From Lytechinus pictus (lineage: Eukaryota), in the NCBI RefSeq assembly GCF_037042905.1, contig NC_087245.1, positions 34,970,001-35,034,000 of the forward strand: DNA of 64,000 bases, given 5' to 3'. Positions within the stretch are counted from its first letter, which is position 1, and every line of letters begins with the position of its first letter. Positions 23,101 through 34,773 of the stretch are shown here, in pieces. The notes under the pieces were generated by a model that worked only from the letters and a program-made list of their open reading frames with translations, was not told where the DNA came from and made no database searches. Made by a program: the position numbers and the translations under genes.

Positions 23101-26100
23101 AGACTTTTGGGGGATTTACCAAACTAAAGATAGGCTTTAAGTCAAGAACAGTCAAGAAGTGGTTCTGTCAGCCACAACTAGTACCATTAAATATGCCAAA
23201 TTATTTGTGAATAGGCCAAATTTGTCATTAAGCCAAGCCGCCACTAAATCCACCATATCATGTGAATATGTAGTCAAGTTTCCAAAGCTAATGATGGGCT
23301 TTAAATATTAAAGCATCTTTATGCAAATTTTATTATGGATCAAAATTAAAGAAAATCAGCCCCACGTTTCAGAAACATCAGGGAATATTTTGGGTATCTA
23401 TAACAACAACAACGGGTTACTGGTCGACCTTCCAAAAAAAACCTTTATGAAAAACTTTCCTTGACTGAAAATAGTTATTTCTGCATCTAGTTAATGTTAC
23501 TTCTGAAAATAAAAATAATCTTGTGAAAGTAACTAGATGTGACTATGAGGAATATTACAGTTTTAGAAAGGAATCCCAATAAATGCAAACACACAATCAA
23601 AATATGTTTGAAACTGTTCTTTTAAATAAACACTGAAACTTTGATCAGATTATTTATATATTTTTTTTATTTCCTTTAAGATAAAATTGATAATAGTTGG
23701 CCCCATACCATTTTAAAGTCTTTTTTTTTTTGCATATTACAGAAAAAAAATATTTGAAAAATCTCTTTGTAAATCTTGAGCAATATTATTAACAGTTTTT
23801 CCATGTCTGTTTTTATCTTGTTTTTAGATGACGACGATGATCAAAACTCAATGAATAATAAGTCCAAAAGTAGCTGGTTTGCACCCATGCCTGTGGATGC
23901 ATTGTAAGTTTTCTTTATTAGTATAATGTATTGCGTATGATTTATTAGAATGGTAAAATCAAGTTCTCAGTTATACCTGCCAACACAAACAACTTATTCA
24001 AGGAAAAATTGACCAAGTGGGGAGAGGGTCGGGATGGTTGCCTGGCCTAGTGTGGAGCATGAGACATTTAGATATGTTGGAATCAATTTCTTGTGTTTTG
24101 AGACACTTTCACTTCTCATTTAAGTGCAAGAATTACCCGACATATAAACATGACCTTTGATATGGAAGACATTTACTATAACAGGGGCGCATGTGTCAAA
24201 AATCAATGACAATGAAACCAAAAGAGATGTTTGGTTTAAAGATTGACAAAGTTATACTCATGTACTAATAATAATAATATGGTCCATTCATATAGCGCAG
24301 CTGCTATAATTGTATGTATGCTTTAAGTATTTAAGATGAGAAGGGGGACTGGGCAGAGTTCCAATTCAGCACATGCATGATAAAATGGAAGGTAAAAGCT
24401 TCAGATATTTTGCATCTGTCATAAAAATTATCCCAACCGGTCATTGGTTTAAACATTTCATGAGGCCGCAGTTAATTTTAACCAACATCACAAAATTGGC
24501 AAAAATGCCATGAATCCTGACATCTGATGTCAAAAGCTGAGAAGATGAGCCGTAAGTCATACAAAGACCATTTAGGGCATGGGAAGAGCTTGAATCAAAG
24601 GCAAGGACATATTGTTTGTTCTGAATGACGGTATGCATGCATGGAGAGATCATTCACCTTCATCATATTTTATAAATGATTAATGTTACTTTGATCTCAT
24701 TCAGAGACTGAGATTCCTCATTGTTATTCAATCATATTTCCCCATCTGTTGTGTTTCATACTGATGATGGATATAAACCAAATATATATGGCCTTCAGGG
24801 ATTTGGTAAAACCATGATTGTGTTAGAATTATAAATCCATGAACCTTTTCTCCAAACTAGAAGACCAAGGTCGGCAAGTGATGGAGAAGAGACCTACAGC
24901 CTGACCTCTGGATCAGGACCCAACAATAACGGGCATCCGTTACTAGGCGAGGACGATGTTGAGCATCCGCTGGCAGGAGCTGTTAACAAACTCCAAAGAA
25001 CCGTCCATGAGTTAACAGCTTCCCACTCCAGACTTCAACAGAATATAGAAGATTTACAGGTAAGATTGGCAAACCTGTATCCAATGGAGATAGGAATAGT
25101 AGCTTGATTACGAGCAGATGGTGTTCATGAACAGGATCTTGGAATACATACATGTGGTTGGGAAAATTATGAAAGGGGAAAGAAATGGAGATGTTCTATA
25201 CAGATTTGGTCTGTATATTCACCAGACAGGTATTAGCTTTTATTAGCGACCTCGTGAATAAATCTTCATTTAACATTTCTGTAAGGAGTCTGTTTATTAA
25301 GACTACCTGCTTATAAAGACTGTATTTGGGTCTTCCTTGAGTTGCCTTTATATACAGGTCTCACAGTTTCTTCACAAACAGTGCACTCCAAGTCACAATG
25401 GAAAAGTGTTGCTTCTGGAGTACCGCAAGGCTCTGTAATCTCTCCGACTCTCTTTATGTTATTCATTAATGACATCCAAGATCAGATAAAGTCAAGTATG
25501 AGGCTATTTGCTGATGGCTGTGTTATTTTATAGAGAGATTTCCAAAAGTACGGACCATCACATTCTTCAACAGGATCTCCAGCAACTATCCAATTGGTCT
25601 TCAACCTGGTTGATGAATTTTAATTTTGTTTTTTGTGTATGTTTTGCCTTTAACTCAATTTATATAGCTAGTAGAATGCTAATTTTTGGTGAGAGTATCA
25701 ATTTTAAATTTCTGATAAATATCTACAAAAAAAGCAAAAATATAATTGATTTCTTATGTATTTTATTGTTTTTTAAATTCTTATGTAATTCTTTATTTTT
25801 TCAAACCTTTGTTTATTACCCTATTGTTTTTCTGATGAAATTCGTTGGGGACCCTTTTGCGATCATAAATAGCATAAAATAAATCCATTTAAACCAACAA
25901 AAGTAAAAATAATCATACATTTATAATTTTTGGTTGAAAAACACAATTTGCATTGACTTTGTACACGGAATCATTTTTTTGGAGCAATTTTGGGTCTGAC
26001 ATGCACTTACAAAATTTTGCGTAATTTCTGAACCGCTTACCCGGGCGTCGCAAATTTGGTCTCAACAGATGCGCAAGACTTGAAAGTTAAAAGGCAGTGA

Positions 26101-28698
26101 GTGGCGCGGTCAAAAAGTAGTGAGGATATTTGGCGAGGGGGGGGGGTCAAATTGACCCCTACCCCAGTTTAATAAGGGATAAAGTAATAATTCCATATTC
26201 AAATATATTAATGTCTGTACATTTTCATTTCTCTTTACATTTAGTCACATTTGAAAAATAATAAAAGACTAAGTTGCATTTAATGCCTTTCTGAGGGCTT
26301 TGCATGTATTGACATTTTTTAAAATTTCTTCTCACCCAATAGAACCAGTTACAGCATCAATTACAGTACTTCAACCAATCTCTGCAAGAGGAGCGATATA
26401 GGGCAGAGAGATTGGAAGAACAGCTCACCGATCTGACCGATCTCCACACACATGCAATGAGTAATCTCCAACAAGAGCTTAGCTCCGTTCAGGAGAGATT
26501 GGAGTATCGTATGGAAGAGAGGAGCAGAGATTATATCGACTCTGTGGAGCAGTGTCAAACAAGGGTATATCTATAAATGATTTATCTTCTAACCCCCCCC
26601 CCCTTCTCCCCCTTATAGGCCAATGTCACTTGTTATAAAGGCAAGGGGCCTATTGCAGAAAGAGTTGCGATTAAACGCAAGTCAAAAAATCAATTGCAAG
26701 TCCCAAAAGCGCACTGTTGATGGTTGATTCTTAGAGTTGCGATTGATTGCAACTCTTTCTGCAACGGGCCCCTGTTCAAGTTTTTGGAAGCACAATAGCC
26801 TTTTTTGTGTATGAAGCAAGTAGGTGGGAATACATTAGGAAAGTAAGATTGTTCTTCCACATCAATATGGCAAGGAAAGACTAGGTTTCAGTAGTTTGAA
26901 TATTGGTGCTTTGTATGTTTAACCAATCTGGTGGGTGTTTCATGAAAGTTGTCAGCACTGACTAAATTGTAAGCGCTGACTATTTTAGTGAAATCCTTGG
27001 TTTTGATTGGCTGAGAGACACTGGTCGGAGATAGACAACTTTTCATGCTGACAACTTTCATGAAACGGTCCCCAGTTTTCTTGAATTAATCATTCAAAAA
27101 CTGTTTGATTCCATACCATACCCTAGCCATAGGTATCTTTGGCATAGGGCGATGTGATTGAACACACATTGGAGCAAAGTTGGCTCAGAATAGCTGAAAA
27201 TATCAGAAAAATTTATTTTGAGTTTTGTGTGGAAATATTTTTTTTTTTTTGCTCATTTTCAAATATACTAACATTCATATTTTTGTAAAAAACATATTTT
27301 GTAAATTGACCCTTTCAGCATGTGCTGCTTCTCAATTTTTATGTGCATGTATACCAATAAATAAATAAATTCAGGAGCTGCGTGTTAAGATCTTTAATTT
27401 CTATAGATCAAACATACATTTCATCGATTTCTTTGAGAGCTTTATCTCTCATTTCAACTATGCCAGTTTTACGGATCATAAATTTCATTGAAAAGAGGTT
27501 TCTATCTTCCTGCCAACAGATATCCAAAATTGAGCTTGCTCAACAGCATCAGCAAGTCATCACGTTAGAAGGTTACGAGAACGCCAACGCGAGGGCGTTA
27601 CTCTCAAAGTTCATCAACGTCATCCTGCTTATACTAGCCGTCATTCTTGTCATTTTATCCAACGCTGTCAATCTCGTCTCTCCATTAGTACAAACCAAGT
27701 AAGATGATTATTGCCCTCAGACTGCTTTGTTGCTAATTCAGTTATTTGGTTAATTCTATCAAGTATGAAATGATCAGTGTCTGTTTTTATATATTTCTTA
27801 TAAACAATTGATAATGCTCTCAAATTACCATGGCTTAAGCATTTCAAGTGAAATAAGAATGGACAAAATTGGAGGATGTACAAAAAAAAAGTTTTTTGAT
27901 GGAATTCTCCATTTGGTATAGTAGAAACACTTAGCAGTTCACTGATTTTCATTTCAATTTTTCATTAAGTTCATCTGATTTTTACCAATCTGTGTTAAAA
28001 AGTACGAGACAGCTCATGCAATAAAATATGAGAATAATGTATCTAAGGTTGCTTATTAAATATTATGATAATCAGTGCAGTGTTAGAGGGGCAGGGTGGT
28101 ATCCTACACCCCACTCCCCCCCCCCCCCCGGTGACTTTTTAAAGTGAAAACCAAAAGAAGAGAAAAAGAAAAACAAATAGGGAGGAAGGGTAGAAAAGAG
28201 GGCTTGTTTGTTGTAATGTATGATATCTTTATATTTCAATTGAGGAGCAAAACTTATGTCACCATTAAGTTTTCTTACCCCACCCCCCCCCTCCTCCCAT
28301 GGACTTATGTGAGGCTAAGTGAGGCGAAAGAAGAGAAAAAGAAAAACAAATAGGGAGGAAGGGTAGAAAAGAGGGCTTGTTTGTTGTAATGTATGATATC
28401 TTTATATTTCAATTGAGGAGCAAAACTTATGTCACCATTAAGTTTTCTTACCCCCCCCCTCCTCCCATGGACTTATGTGAGGCTAAGTATGGCAAGGGTG
28501 GCTGCACGAGACTGAATTTGATCATCTTATGTCTATTTACTTGTTTTTTTGTGCGTGTGTTGCAGGTCTCGTCTCTTAGTCACAATATTCATCGGTGCAG
28601 GGCTCTTCTATCTCTGGCAGCAGAGGGAGATTATCGACGGTGCACGGCGGAACTTTGCTCAAAACTATGTACATTATCTGCCCTTCCAGACTCGGTGA
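7738..28698 (+). CDS. TMCC: Transmembrane and coiled-coil domain protein (TMCC1/2/3 / TEX28 / dementin family), spliced gene, ~606 aa
   Basis: Coding exons 7738-8166, 12521-12686, 13686-13911, 15690-15734, 17917-17982, 21995-22074, 23828-23903, 24861-25059, 26343-26564, 27520-27698, 28566-28698 (1821 nt, all GT-AG, phases consistent). Motifs recalled from vertebrate [80 protein letters not shown], two C-terminal TM segments. The first exon and start codon are less certain. Confidence 0.93.
8971..9144. mobile_element. Hairpin MITE (~170 bp)
   Basis: GTTTCATAAAGCTG..TAAGAGCGACTTT..GAATGAC arm is inverted at 9088-9140. Confidence 0.8.
9328..9620 (-). mobile_element. tRNA-derived SINE (second subfamily)
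   Basis: GGGATTCGAAC B box, GGTACCCA core, tail toward 9328. Confidence 0.75.
10313..10632. repeat. Minisatellite, 54-bp unit x ~6
   Basis: ACTACAGATTCATACAGTAGATATTCCTCTTTATTAAATGATATTTATTTTAGA, nearly identical copies. Confidence 0.97.
11125..11522. mobile_element. MITE with 25-bp perfect TIR, TA-flanked
   Basis: TA|CCCCTTTCATAAACCCAATAAAACC ... GGTTTTATTGGGTTTATGAAAGGGG|TA; internal TTATCCGCAT/ATGCGGATAA repeats. Confidence 0.85.
12521..12686 (+). CDS. TMCC: TMCC exon 2
   Basis: ttattag| LETQ...[33 protein letters not shown] |gtaaga. Confidence 0.93.
13207..13363. mobile_element. PIF/Harbinger-type MITE, same family (CTG TSD)
   Basis: Collinear with 1761-1917; CTG on both flanks. Confidence 0.85.
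13686..13911 (+). CDS. TMCC: TMCC exon 3
   Basis: [29 protein letters not shown]...MHQGLK |gtaagt. Confidence 0.95.
14248..14400 (+). mobile_element. 5' fragment of the same HINE-like family
   Basis: Near identity to 42335-42490. Confidence 0.8.
15105..15640. repeat. (CAT)n-derived low-complexity tract with an internal ~150-bp duplication
   Basis: Direct reading. Confidence 0.9.
15690..15734 (+). CDS. TMCC: TMCC exon 4 (45 nt)
   Basis: tttttccag| [15 protein letters not shown] |gtgagt. Confidence 0.88.
15845..16668. mobile_element. Old foldback element with ~230-bp degenerate inverted arms
   Basis: For example TTTAGTTGGAGACTATCAAGAAAATGAAG vs CTTCATTTTCTTGATAGTTTCCAACTAAA. Confidence 0.65.
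16812..17573 (+). mobile_element. Internally deleted AcademH-like DNA transposon carrying a RecQ-type helicase fragment
   Basis: ~125-bp TIRs (16812-16937 / 17451-17573; first 29 bp perfect), flanking direct repeat ATGTTTCATC, internal ORF with RecQ motif 0/I. Confidence 0.75.
17127..17345 (+). pseudogene. RecQ-like SF2 helicase N-terminal fragment
   Basis: [17 protein letters not shown]...[21 protein letters not shown] resembles RecQ motif 0 (FRxxQ) and Walker A (PTGxGKS..YQ.P). The Gly before Lys is replaced by Glu and the ORF is truncated. Confidence 0.8.
17917..17982 (+). CDS. TMCC: TMCC exon 5 (66 nt)
   Basis: taacag| [21 protein letters not shown] |gtgcgt. Confidence 0.88.
18060..19400. 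repeat. Polypyrimidine (CT-rich) tract with higher-order repeat
   Basis: Recurrent CTTCCTCCTCATCCTCCTCTAATTGCTC unit. Confidence 0.92.
19913..20545. mobile_element. PIF/Harbinger-like non-autonomous element (TAA TSD)
   Basis: TAA|AGGCCTGGTCCCTGTG ... CACTGGGACCGGGCCT|TAA. Confidence 0.7.
21995..22074 (+). CDS. TMCC: TMCC exon 6
   Basis: ttgcag| [27 protein letters not shown] |gtaagt. Confidence 0.95.
23828..23903 (+). CDS. TMCC: TMCC exon 7
   Basis: tttttag| [24 protein letters not shown] |gtaagt; bridges phase 1 to phase 2 as required. Confidence 0.82.
24861..25059 (+). CDS. TMCC: TMCC exon 8
   Basis: actag| [19 protein letters not shown]...[13 protein letters not shown] |gtaaga. Confidence 0.9.
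25378..25623 (+). mobile_element. CR1/L2-clade LINE reverse transcriptase fragment (frameshifted)
   Basis: [21 protein letters not shown]...RLFADG / YREI...[20 protein letters not shown]. Confidence 0.9.
26343..26564 (+). CDS. TMCC: TMCC exon 9 (coiled coil)
   Basis: [35 protein letters not shown]...EQCQTR |gtatat. Confidence 0.95.
26645..26772. mobile_element. Short MITE
   Basis: GGGGCCTATTGCAGAAAAGAGTTGC / GCAACTCTTTCTGCAACGGGCCCC. Confidence 0.7.
26930..27074. mobile_element. Harbinger-type MITE
   Basis: GTTTCATGAAAGTTGTCAGCA / TGCTGACAACTTTCATGAAAC. Confidence 0.7.
27520..27698 (+). CDS. TMCC: TMCC exon 10 (first TM segment)
   Basis: aacag| [47 protein letters not shown]...QT |gtaaga. 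Confidence 0.95.
28154..28488. repeat. Tandem duplication of ~170 bp in the last TMCC intron
   Basis: 28154-28320 is repeated at 28327-28488. Confidence 0.93.
28566..28698 (+). CDS. TMCC: TMCC last coding exon (second TM segment, stop)
   Basis: ttgcag| [21 protein letters not shown]...FQTR TGA. Confidence 0.92.
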
Positions 28699-29484
28699 CA
28701 CACAATCATCATTCCATCCCAGCCACGTTATTTCTAATGCATGAGACGGATGGACATATTCTGGTCCTTCCCGTGCACTATTGTGATTACGTGGGACTAA
28801 GAATTTGACTGGAGTCCCTACTGTCTACATAGATCCATGGGACCGAGGACGAATATCAAAATGCATCCTGAAACCCGAGTGACAGGAACGGAAATGGAAT
28901 AAGAAAAGGATATGAATTTCTCCTCTCCTCGAAACCAGATATGTTCATTTTCTTGAGGATCGCATTTATTGCACGTCTTTACAATTATTTATTGTTGGGA
29001 CCATCCGTATTGCAGATTTTCTCTTGGAAATACTTTGAAACCAGGCAACTTGCTGAATCAAGACTCGATAGAGAGAGGGAGTCCTGCCAATAATAATCAC
29101 TTAGGATCTCACCAAACTCATTGACAAATCATCTCATTTTCCAGAATGTTGTTTAGCTGAATGTTGCCATTTGCTACATTGTTGTTGGGAGTCTGCAAAG
29201 AGGACTTTACTTACTTCACCATTGTGAATGTCTGGGACTACAATATTGCATCTTGTGATTTGACTGCCATCTGTGTCAAGTGCTAGAGATAGAGCAGATT
29301 TGGAATTTGTCTCTCCTGCATATATTGTTTCATCAAAGCTAAATACTTGTATTAACAAATTTTGTTTGCTGTAACAAACCTTAATTTGTATTTCATCAAA
29401 GGGTTTCACTTTAAATTATAATATAAATCCCCTTGCATTGGATTTGTACATGATTTCACGTTTTTGAGCAGTTATGGGTCTGAC

Positions 29485-31195
29485 CATGGACCTATTACGA
29501 ATGGACATTCAACGAGAGCATTTTATGACCACCACCTGTTTCCAGCTGTCAAAATCGCTGTCTAACCCTTAAAGACCCTGACCGGTGTAAAAACAGTCAT
29601 ATATCAAAATAAAGGTAATGATTCATACAATACAAATATACCAAAAATATTACATATATATCCTTCCATTTCTGACAAATATTAAATAAAAATCAAAGAA
29701 ACTGCTCCTCCAAAGTACGCTTCGATTGAGCACCCCCACGTCGCCTGGAAATGATGACGTCACGTTGTGTCAGGAGGGATGTGATTCCATAGGTTTGTGT
29801 ACAAAAGCATTGGGTATTTTCTTCCATTTCCATGTTATGAATCCATATTTTTTTTTCGTTTTCAGATGAAAATGGCACTCAAAATTATTCACTGTTCAAA
29901 TTGTTGTAAACCTACAACTATTCACTACCTTTTTTGTGATTTCTTTGTTTGGCTCTTATTGGGCCTAAATTGCTATGTCAGGAAAAGTTGTTATACATAA
30001 TCTAAATGCAGATAGAATTGAAATCTGCGCCAAATAAGCAGGAAATAAAATATGGCAAAAACTAGTTCAAAACTGTAGATTTCATAAATTCAAGCTTGTG
30101 GGTAAAAATATATGTGATATCCCTCTGTGATAGAAGTGAAGAGAATGAAATGCGTTATCTGGAAAGCAAAAAATCACCCAGTTTTTCTGTGTACAAACCT
30201 ATGGAATCACGACGCTTCTTACACAACGTGACGTCACGGTCTCGAGGCAGGTGAAAAGCACAATAAAGCCTATTTTCTAAGCGGGGTTCGAAGCCCGATA
30301 ATTGGAATATTCACAAGCAAAATACTCAGCTGGGAAGCGGTGAAAATGCATAAAGCATACCTTGCTGTATTTAGTAGCTTATAAGCTTTCGATTGGTATA
30401 TAATTTATCAATTTCATTTTCGGGTCCGGTCTGGATCGTTAACTTTCTCTTTACGCGGTTTTTACGACGACCGCCTGGGGCGATTGTTTACACAAGCTCC
30501 TTTCGGCCATTGATCGTCACCGATCGATCACTGGCCCTCTATCGACCAAAGATGGTCATGTTTTAGCCCCGATTGCCAATAGGGAAAGTCCCTACATTAC
30601 TTAGAATGCAATGCGCAATTAATATCCGGTTTTTCAGTACATTATTTTAGGCTGTCTATAATGTGCGATTGTCATCTGACCACCAAAAAAATCCCGTTAA
30701 ATTTAATCAATTCTGTGGAATTTTATGCCCAAATAAAAATCAACTTCTGACCGAAGGTAAGCGCTACTATCGACATCAATACTGTCCGAAAAAGATGCAT
30801 TTTTAACGTTTTTCCGCACATTTCTCCGTCGAATTTTAACTGCTTTTTTGCCGTAGATATACGGATCTGCAAGGTGATGTCAATGCATTTCATGTGCGGT
30901 TATTTGCGATGTACGTAAAAGATACGTTTACGCACGCCTGTTTTCTTGTTTCTGCTATCATTTTCATAGCGCTAACGTTTGCTGCTGTGCGTTGCTTTTG
31001 ATAAAGTGAACGAACAACATCGCAATGGGTAGGAGCAGCGTACAATTGATTTCCGCTGTCCATCAGTGAGAGCGTGTTTTACGACCGGCTTGATGGGCGT
31101 CAGCTGCCAGCGCTCTGTTTATAAAAGGATTAGCGGTGACGGTCTTCGGCCCAAAGGAGGGGATTCGTTGATTGTCCATTCGTAATAGGTCCATG
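29485..31195. mobile_element. Non-autonomous P-superfamily-like element (CATG termini, 31-bp TIR, 7-bp TSD)
   Basis: TIR CATGGACCTATTACGAATGGACA(T/A)TCAACGA; TSD GTCTGAC at 29478-29484 and 31196-31202. Confidence 0.8.
29573..30438. mobile_element. TTAA-flanked (Kolobok-like) non-autonomous element nested in the P-like element
   Basis: TTAA|AGACCCTGACCGG ... CCGGTCTGGATCG|TTAA, with internal inverted repeats 29750-29815 / 30175-30240. A related fragment lies at ~22790-23030. Confidence 0.6.
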
Positions 31196-32759
31196 GTCTG
31201 ACATGCACTTACATAATGTTGCGTAATTTCGTGACCGCGTACCCGGGCATCACAAATTTGGTCTCAAAAGTTGTGCGAGATTTGAAAGTAAAAAGTCAGC
31301 GAGCGGCGCGGTTGAAAATTTTCGTGCGGCAGATTTATCGTGAAAAATGTAGAGTGGGCACAATCCCCCCCCCCCCCCTCTGGGCCTTATAGGGTTAAGT
31401 CCCTGTTCCTTATTTCTTCCTTAAGAGCATACATATTATATGTATATAATACTTATATTGAGACCAAGATTTATGTTATTGGAATGTATGACTGGATTAT
31501 TTGGAATTGTTACCGAAGTTTGATGGTGGGAAGTGCAATATAAAGAGAAGTATTATCAGAAAAATAAAGGAAAGTAAACATTTATATGGAATGGAATGAA
31601 ACGACAAAAGAAATGGAGATGTAGCTTTTTATCCTGTATAAATCTATGTCATGGAGTCTCAAATTTGACAATCTATTGGCGTTTTACTTGTGTCATACCC
31701 ATCGGTGTGTTATTAAAAATGGTTGTTTTTGTAAGGTCGTTTGTATGCATATGATACACAATGGAGAGGGTAGTAGTGAGAACAATCCACAAAGAGGTAC
31801 CTCTGTCGCCCAAGGCATAGTTGAATATGCTTGGACTGTTTCAAAGATAACAAGCGTGCATAGTTATACTAATGCCCCAGCAAAATGATATATAGTGATG
31901 TGGTTGCTCATCTCAAAAACCATGACCGGTCATTATATTCTACTTCTAATCCCTGATCATAAATACTTACGGCCCTGTCACATCGTTCCAAGCAAGCCTT
32001 GCGTGCGACTATTTTTGCTACCAGCAGGTCACCTGCATTTACACTACCTCGCATGTTTCATCGAACGCCGTTTGCCGGTATGGGCGCACGCAAGTCTGAT
32101 TTGCCTGCAGATAAGTTTCGAAAATGTTCGAAATTTTGTTGCGAGTGCTTGCACGAAACGATGTGACAGGGCCTGTTCACGTTTTATGCAAAAATAAATG
32201 TCTGAACAAGCCTGGTAACGTGATCACAAGGAGCCAATCTCATTCACTCTTATTACTCCCATACACAAACCTTTGCTTTAATTCACTCCCTTCTCTTCCA
32301 TGTAATATTACAGGCAGATGTACTTGAAAGGGGATTAATAAAAGAATGTGTTTTAACGTTTGTCTTCTTCGTTAAATGGTGGTATATTATCACATGATTG
32401 AAATATTCTTTTGGAAAGCCTTCTGATACTTTTAAATGTTTGCACACTCGTGTTGTTCCTTGGTCAACTTCTTCCATATTCAAAGTATTTGGCATATATA
32501 TTGTGTAGATTTTTAAACTTTAGAAGTTAGTAGTGATATAACCCACTATTCTGCATTGGTATTCAGAAGATTCATTGCGATGCATTATGAATAAGTGAAA
32601 GGCAGTTGCTACACTCTAATTCTTCCAACACTTCTGTATTTATTTTAATATATTTAAAATTTATAATAAAAAAAAAATTTCATGGCTAGATCATTGATCA
32701 CTTCACATTTGGGTTTGTTTTCTTAGACTGTTAATCTATGTGAATTCTTGTCTCATTAA

Positions 32760-33104
32760 GAAAAGGTTCCTACAAAAGCCTTGTAATGAATTAATAATGA
32801 TTGCACCAGACTCTAAAAAATGTTCCACATATAGCCTTGTAATGAAATAATAATACTTGCACCAGATACTAAAAAAGGTTCCACTTACATCCTTGTAATG
32901 AATTAATAATGATTGCACCAGATACTAAAAAATGCTCCTCTTACAGCCTTGTAATGAATTAATAATGATTGCACCAGATACTAAAAAAATGTTCCACTTA
33001 CAGCATTGTAATGAATTAATAATGATTGTGCCAGATACTAAAAAAAGGTTCCCACTCTTAGCCTTGTAATGAATTAATAATGATTGTGCCAGATACTAGA
33101 AAAG
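32760..33104. repeat. Minisatellite, ~56-58-bp unit x ~6
   Basis: GCCTTGTAATGAATTAATAATGATTGCACCAGATACTAAAAAA..TTCCACTTACA. Confidence 0.95.
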
Positions 33105-34378
33105 TCAGAGAAATACACAAGAACTGAGAAATACACAAGAACTTGTGGATCACACTTTTTGATTTTCACTCAGACATTATAAATGAATTCTTTGATTATT
33201 TTACATGACCGTTTTAGTGATACTGCCCTTGTTAATTTAGTGTATAGATTTTATCAAAACATCTTAATTCTATTACTTTTTTTTTCAAAATATGTCACAA
33301 TGTGTTTGAATGTTTTAATATGAAGTGTTTTTCAGTTTAATGTTAAGGTTTGAAAAGTGGTTTATTACACAATAAGAGGGGAAATTTCTTGTCAATACCA
33401 AATCACACCCTCGAAATTGAAGGCACACGTAAATTTCCTTTTTATTTTCATTCCTTTGCCAAGGACGATTATGAAAATCAATCATCTGAGTAGTATTATT
33501 TTCAAACATCCCCTGTAAAGATCCTAATTTCTGTCAAAAAAGGCCACATATTTTTTTTTATTTATTTATTTATTTATTTATTTTTTTTTGGGGGGGCATT
33601 ATTTTTGCATCTAATATAGATTTAGCACCATATAACGCCTCAGATATTTCAAAGTGTGATCTGTATTTTTATTGATATACACATATTCCACAAATTATTA
33701 AAGTACATTTCATAATAAATCATTCTACCTATATTTATTACTTTATGTGTGTGAAATTTTGAAGCAGTCTCAAAATCTATTGAAGTCAATGAAATCATCC
33801 AAGATATTGACTGTCGTAAAGTATGTCAACATAGATAGCGTTCGATTTTAATTTATAAGCAAAAAAATTGTCTATTTTTAATGCATTCCTAAACAAAGGC
33901 TGAAATTCAATGAAGTGAGAGTATAACAAATAAATCTTGATCGAGTTTAATGTTAGTTTGTAGGTTCCTCATCAATTATCTTTTATTGTTATTTTTTGAT
34001 AAATGATGTTTAATGCCGATCTGTCTCAAAAGAATTACATTCAAACCTGTTTATAAAGGTGAACAACGAAAGGAAAGACTTGTGGTTTAATCAACAGGCT
34101 ACTATAATACTACATGCTTCAATTGAAAAAAAATTATTTGAGAGAAAACTAAACTTGCAGGTTTAATACAGGTTGTTGCAGGCTGACTGTCATTAAAAGA
34201 AAGCATGTAATATTCATATTCAAATGACCCTTTCTTATACAAGCCCGTTCCATAATTTCTTTATGTTTGGGAATCACTTTTTATTAGATATTTGACTGCA
34301 GTGAACCTATCTAGAAATACCACTAAAGGGAGGCATTAAAGTGGTCTTTATGTAGAGGTTCCTGTCAAATCAGCTTAA

Positions 34379-34773
34379 AGAGAAATTCCAGTAGTTGCAG
34401 TAAACACTGATTTCATGAGAAAGTCTGTAAAACCAGGCTTAATTGTCAGTATATCATCGAGGATCTAGATCTGGTACAGTTACATAAACTGAACTTTGTG
34501 AAATCTTGAAATCTACGCTGAAAAATGTTCAGACTGAACTTTCCCAACACAGATAAGCGCACGTGGGACAGTGTATAATTATTGCTTTGAGCGTCGGGCC
34601 CGACGCTCTACCCGAATCCTGTGCTTATTTGCTGATTTCTCAGCAATTACACAATTTCATCCAGAATCCTTTGGCACATGTGTTTTATTTATACAAACAG
34701 ACACTTTGGTGGTCATTTCATTGGATTCTGTACGAACTCATTTTGATATCGTTACCAAAACTAGCATTTACCT
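34379..34773. mobile_element. TTAA-flanked (Kolobok-like) element with short TIRs
   Basis: TTAA|AGAGAAATTCCAGT ... ACTAGCATTTACCT|TTAA. Confidence 0.55.

Larger units (their letters stand above)
29400..31398. mobile_element. piggyBac-like MITE remnant split by the P-like insertion
   Basis: Ends AGGG|TTAA at 31391-31398. Its halves are collinear with the uninterrupted copy at ~25910-26180. Confidence 0.6.

Noticed and set aside
26565..26575. U12-type intron donor
   Set aside because: GTATATCT does not match the RTATCCTT consensus. No U12 introns were seen in either gene.
32760..33104. Repeat with variable segments resembling CRISPR repeat-spacer
   Set aside because: The variable parts are homologous to each other; it is an ordinary diverged minisatellite and no cas genes are present.
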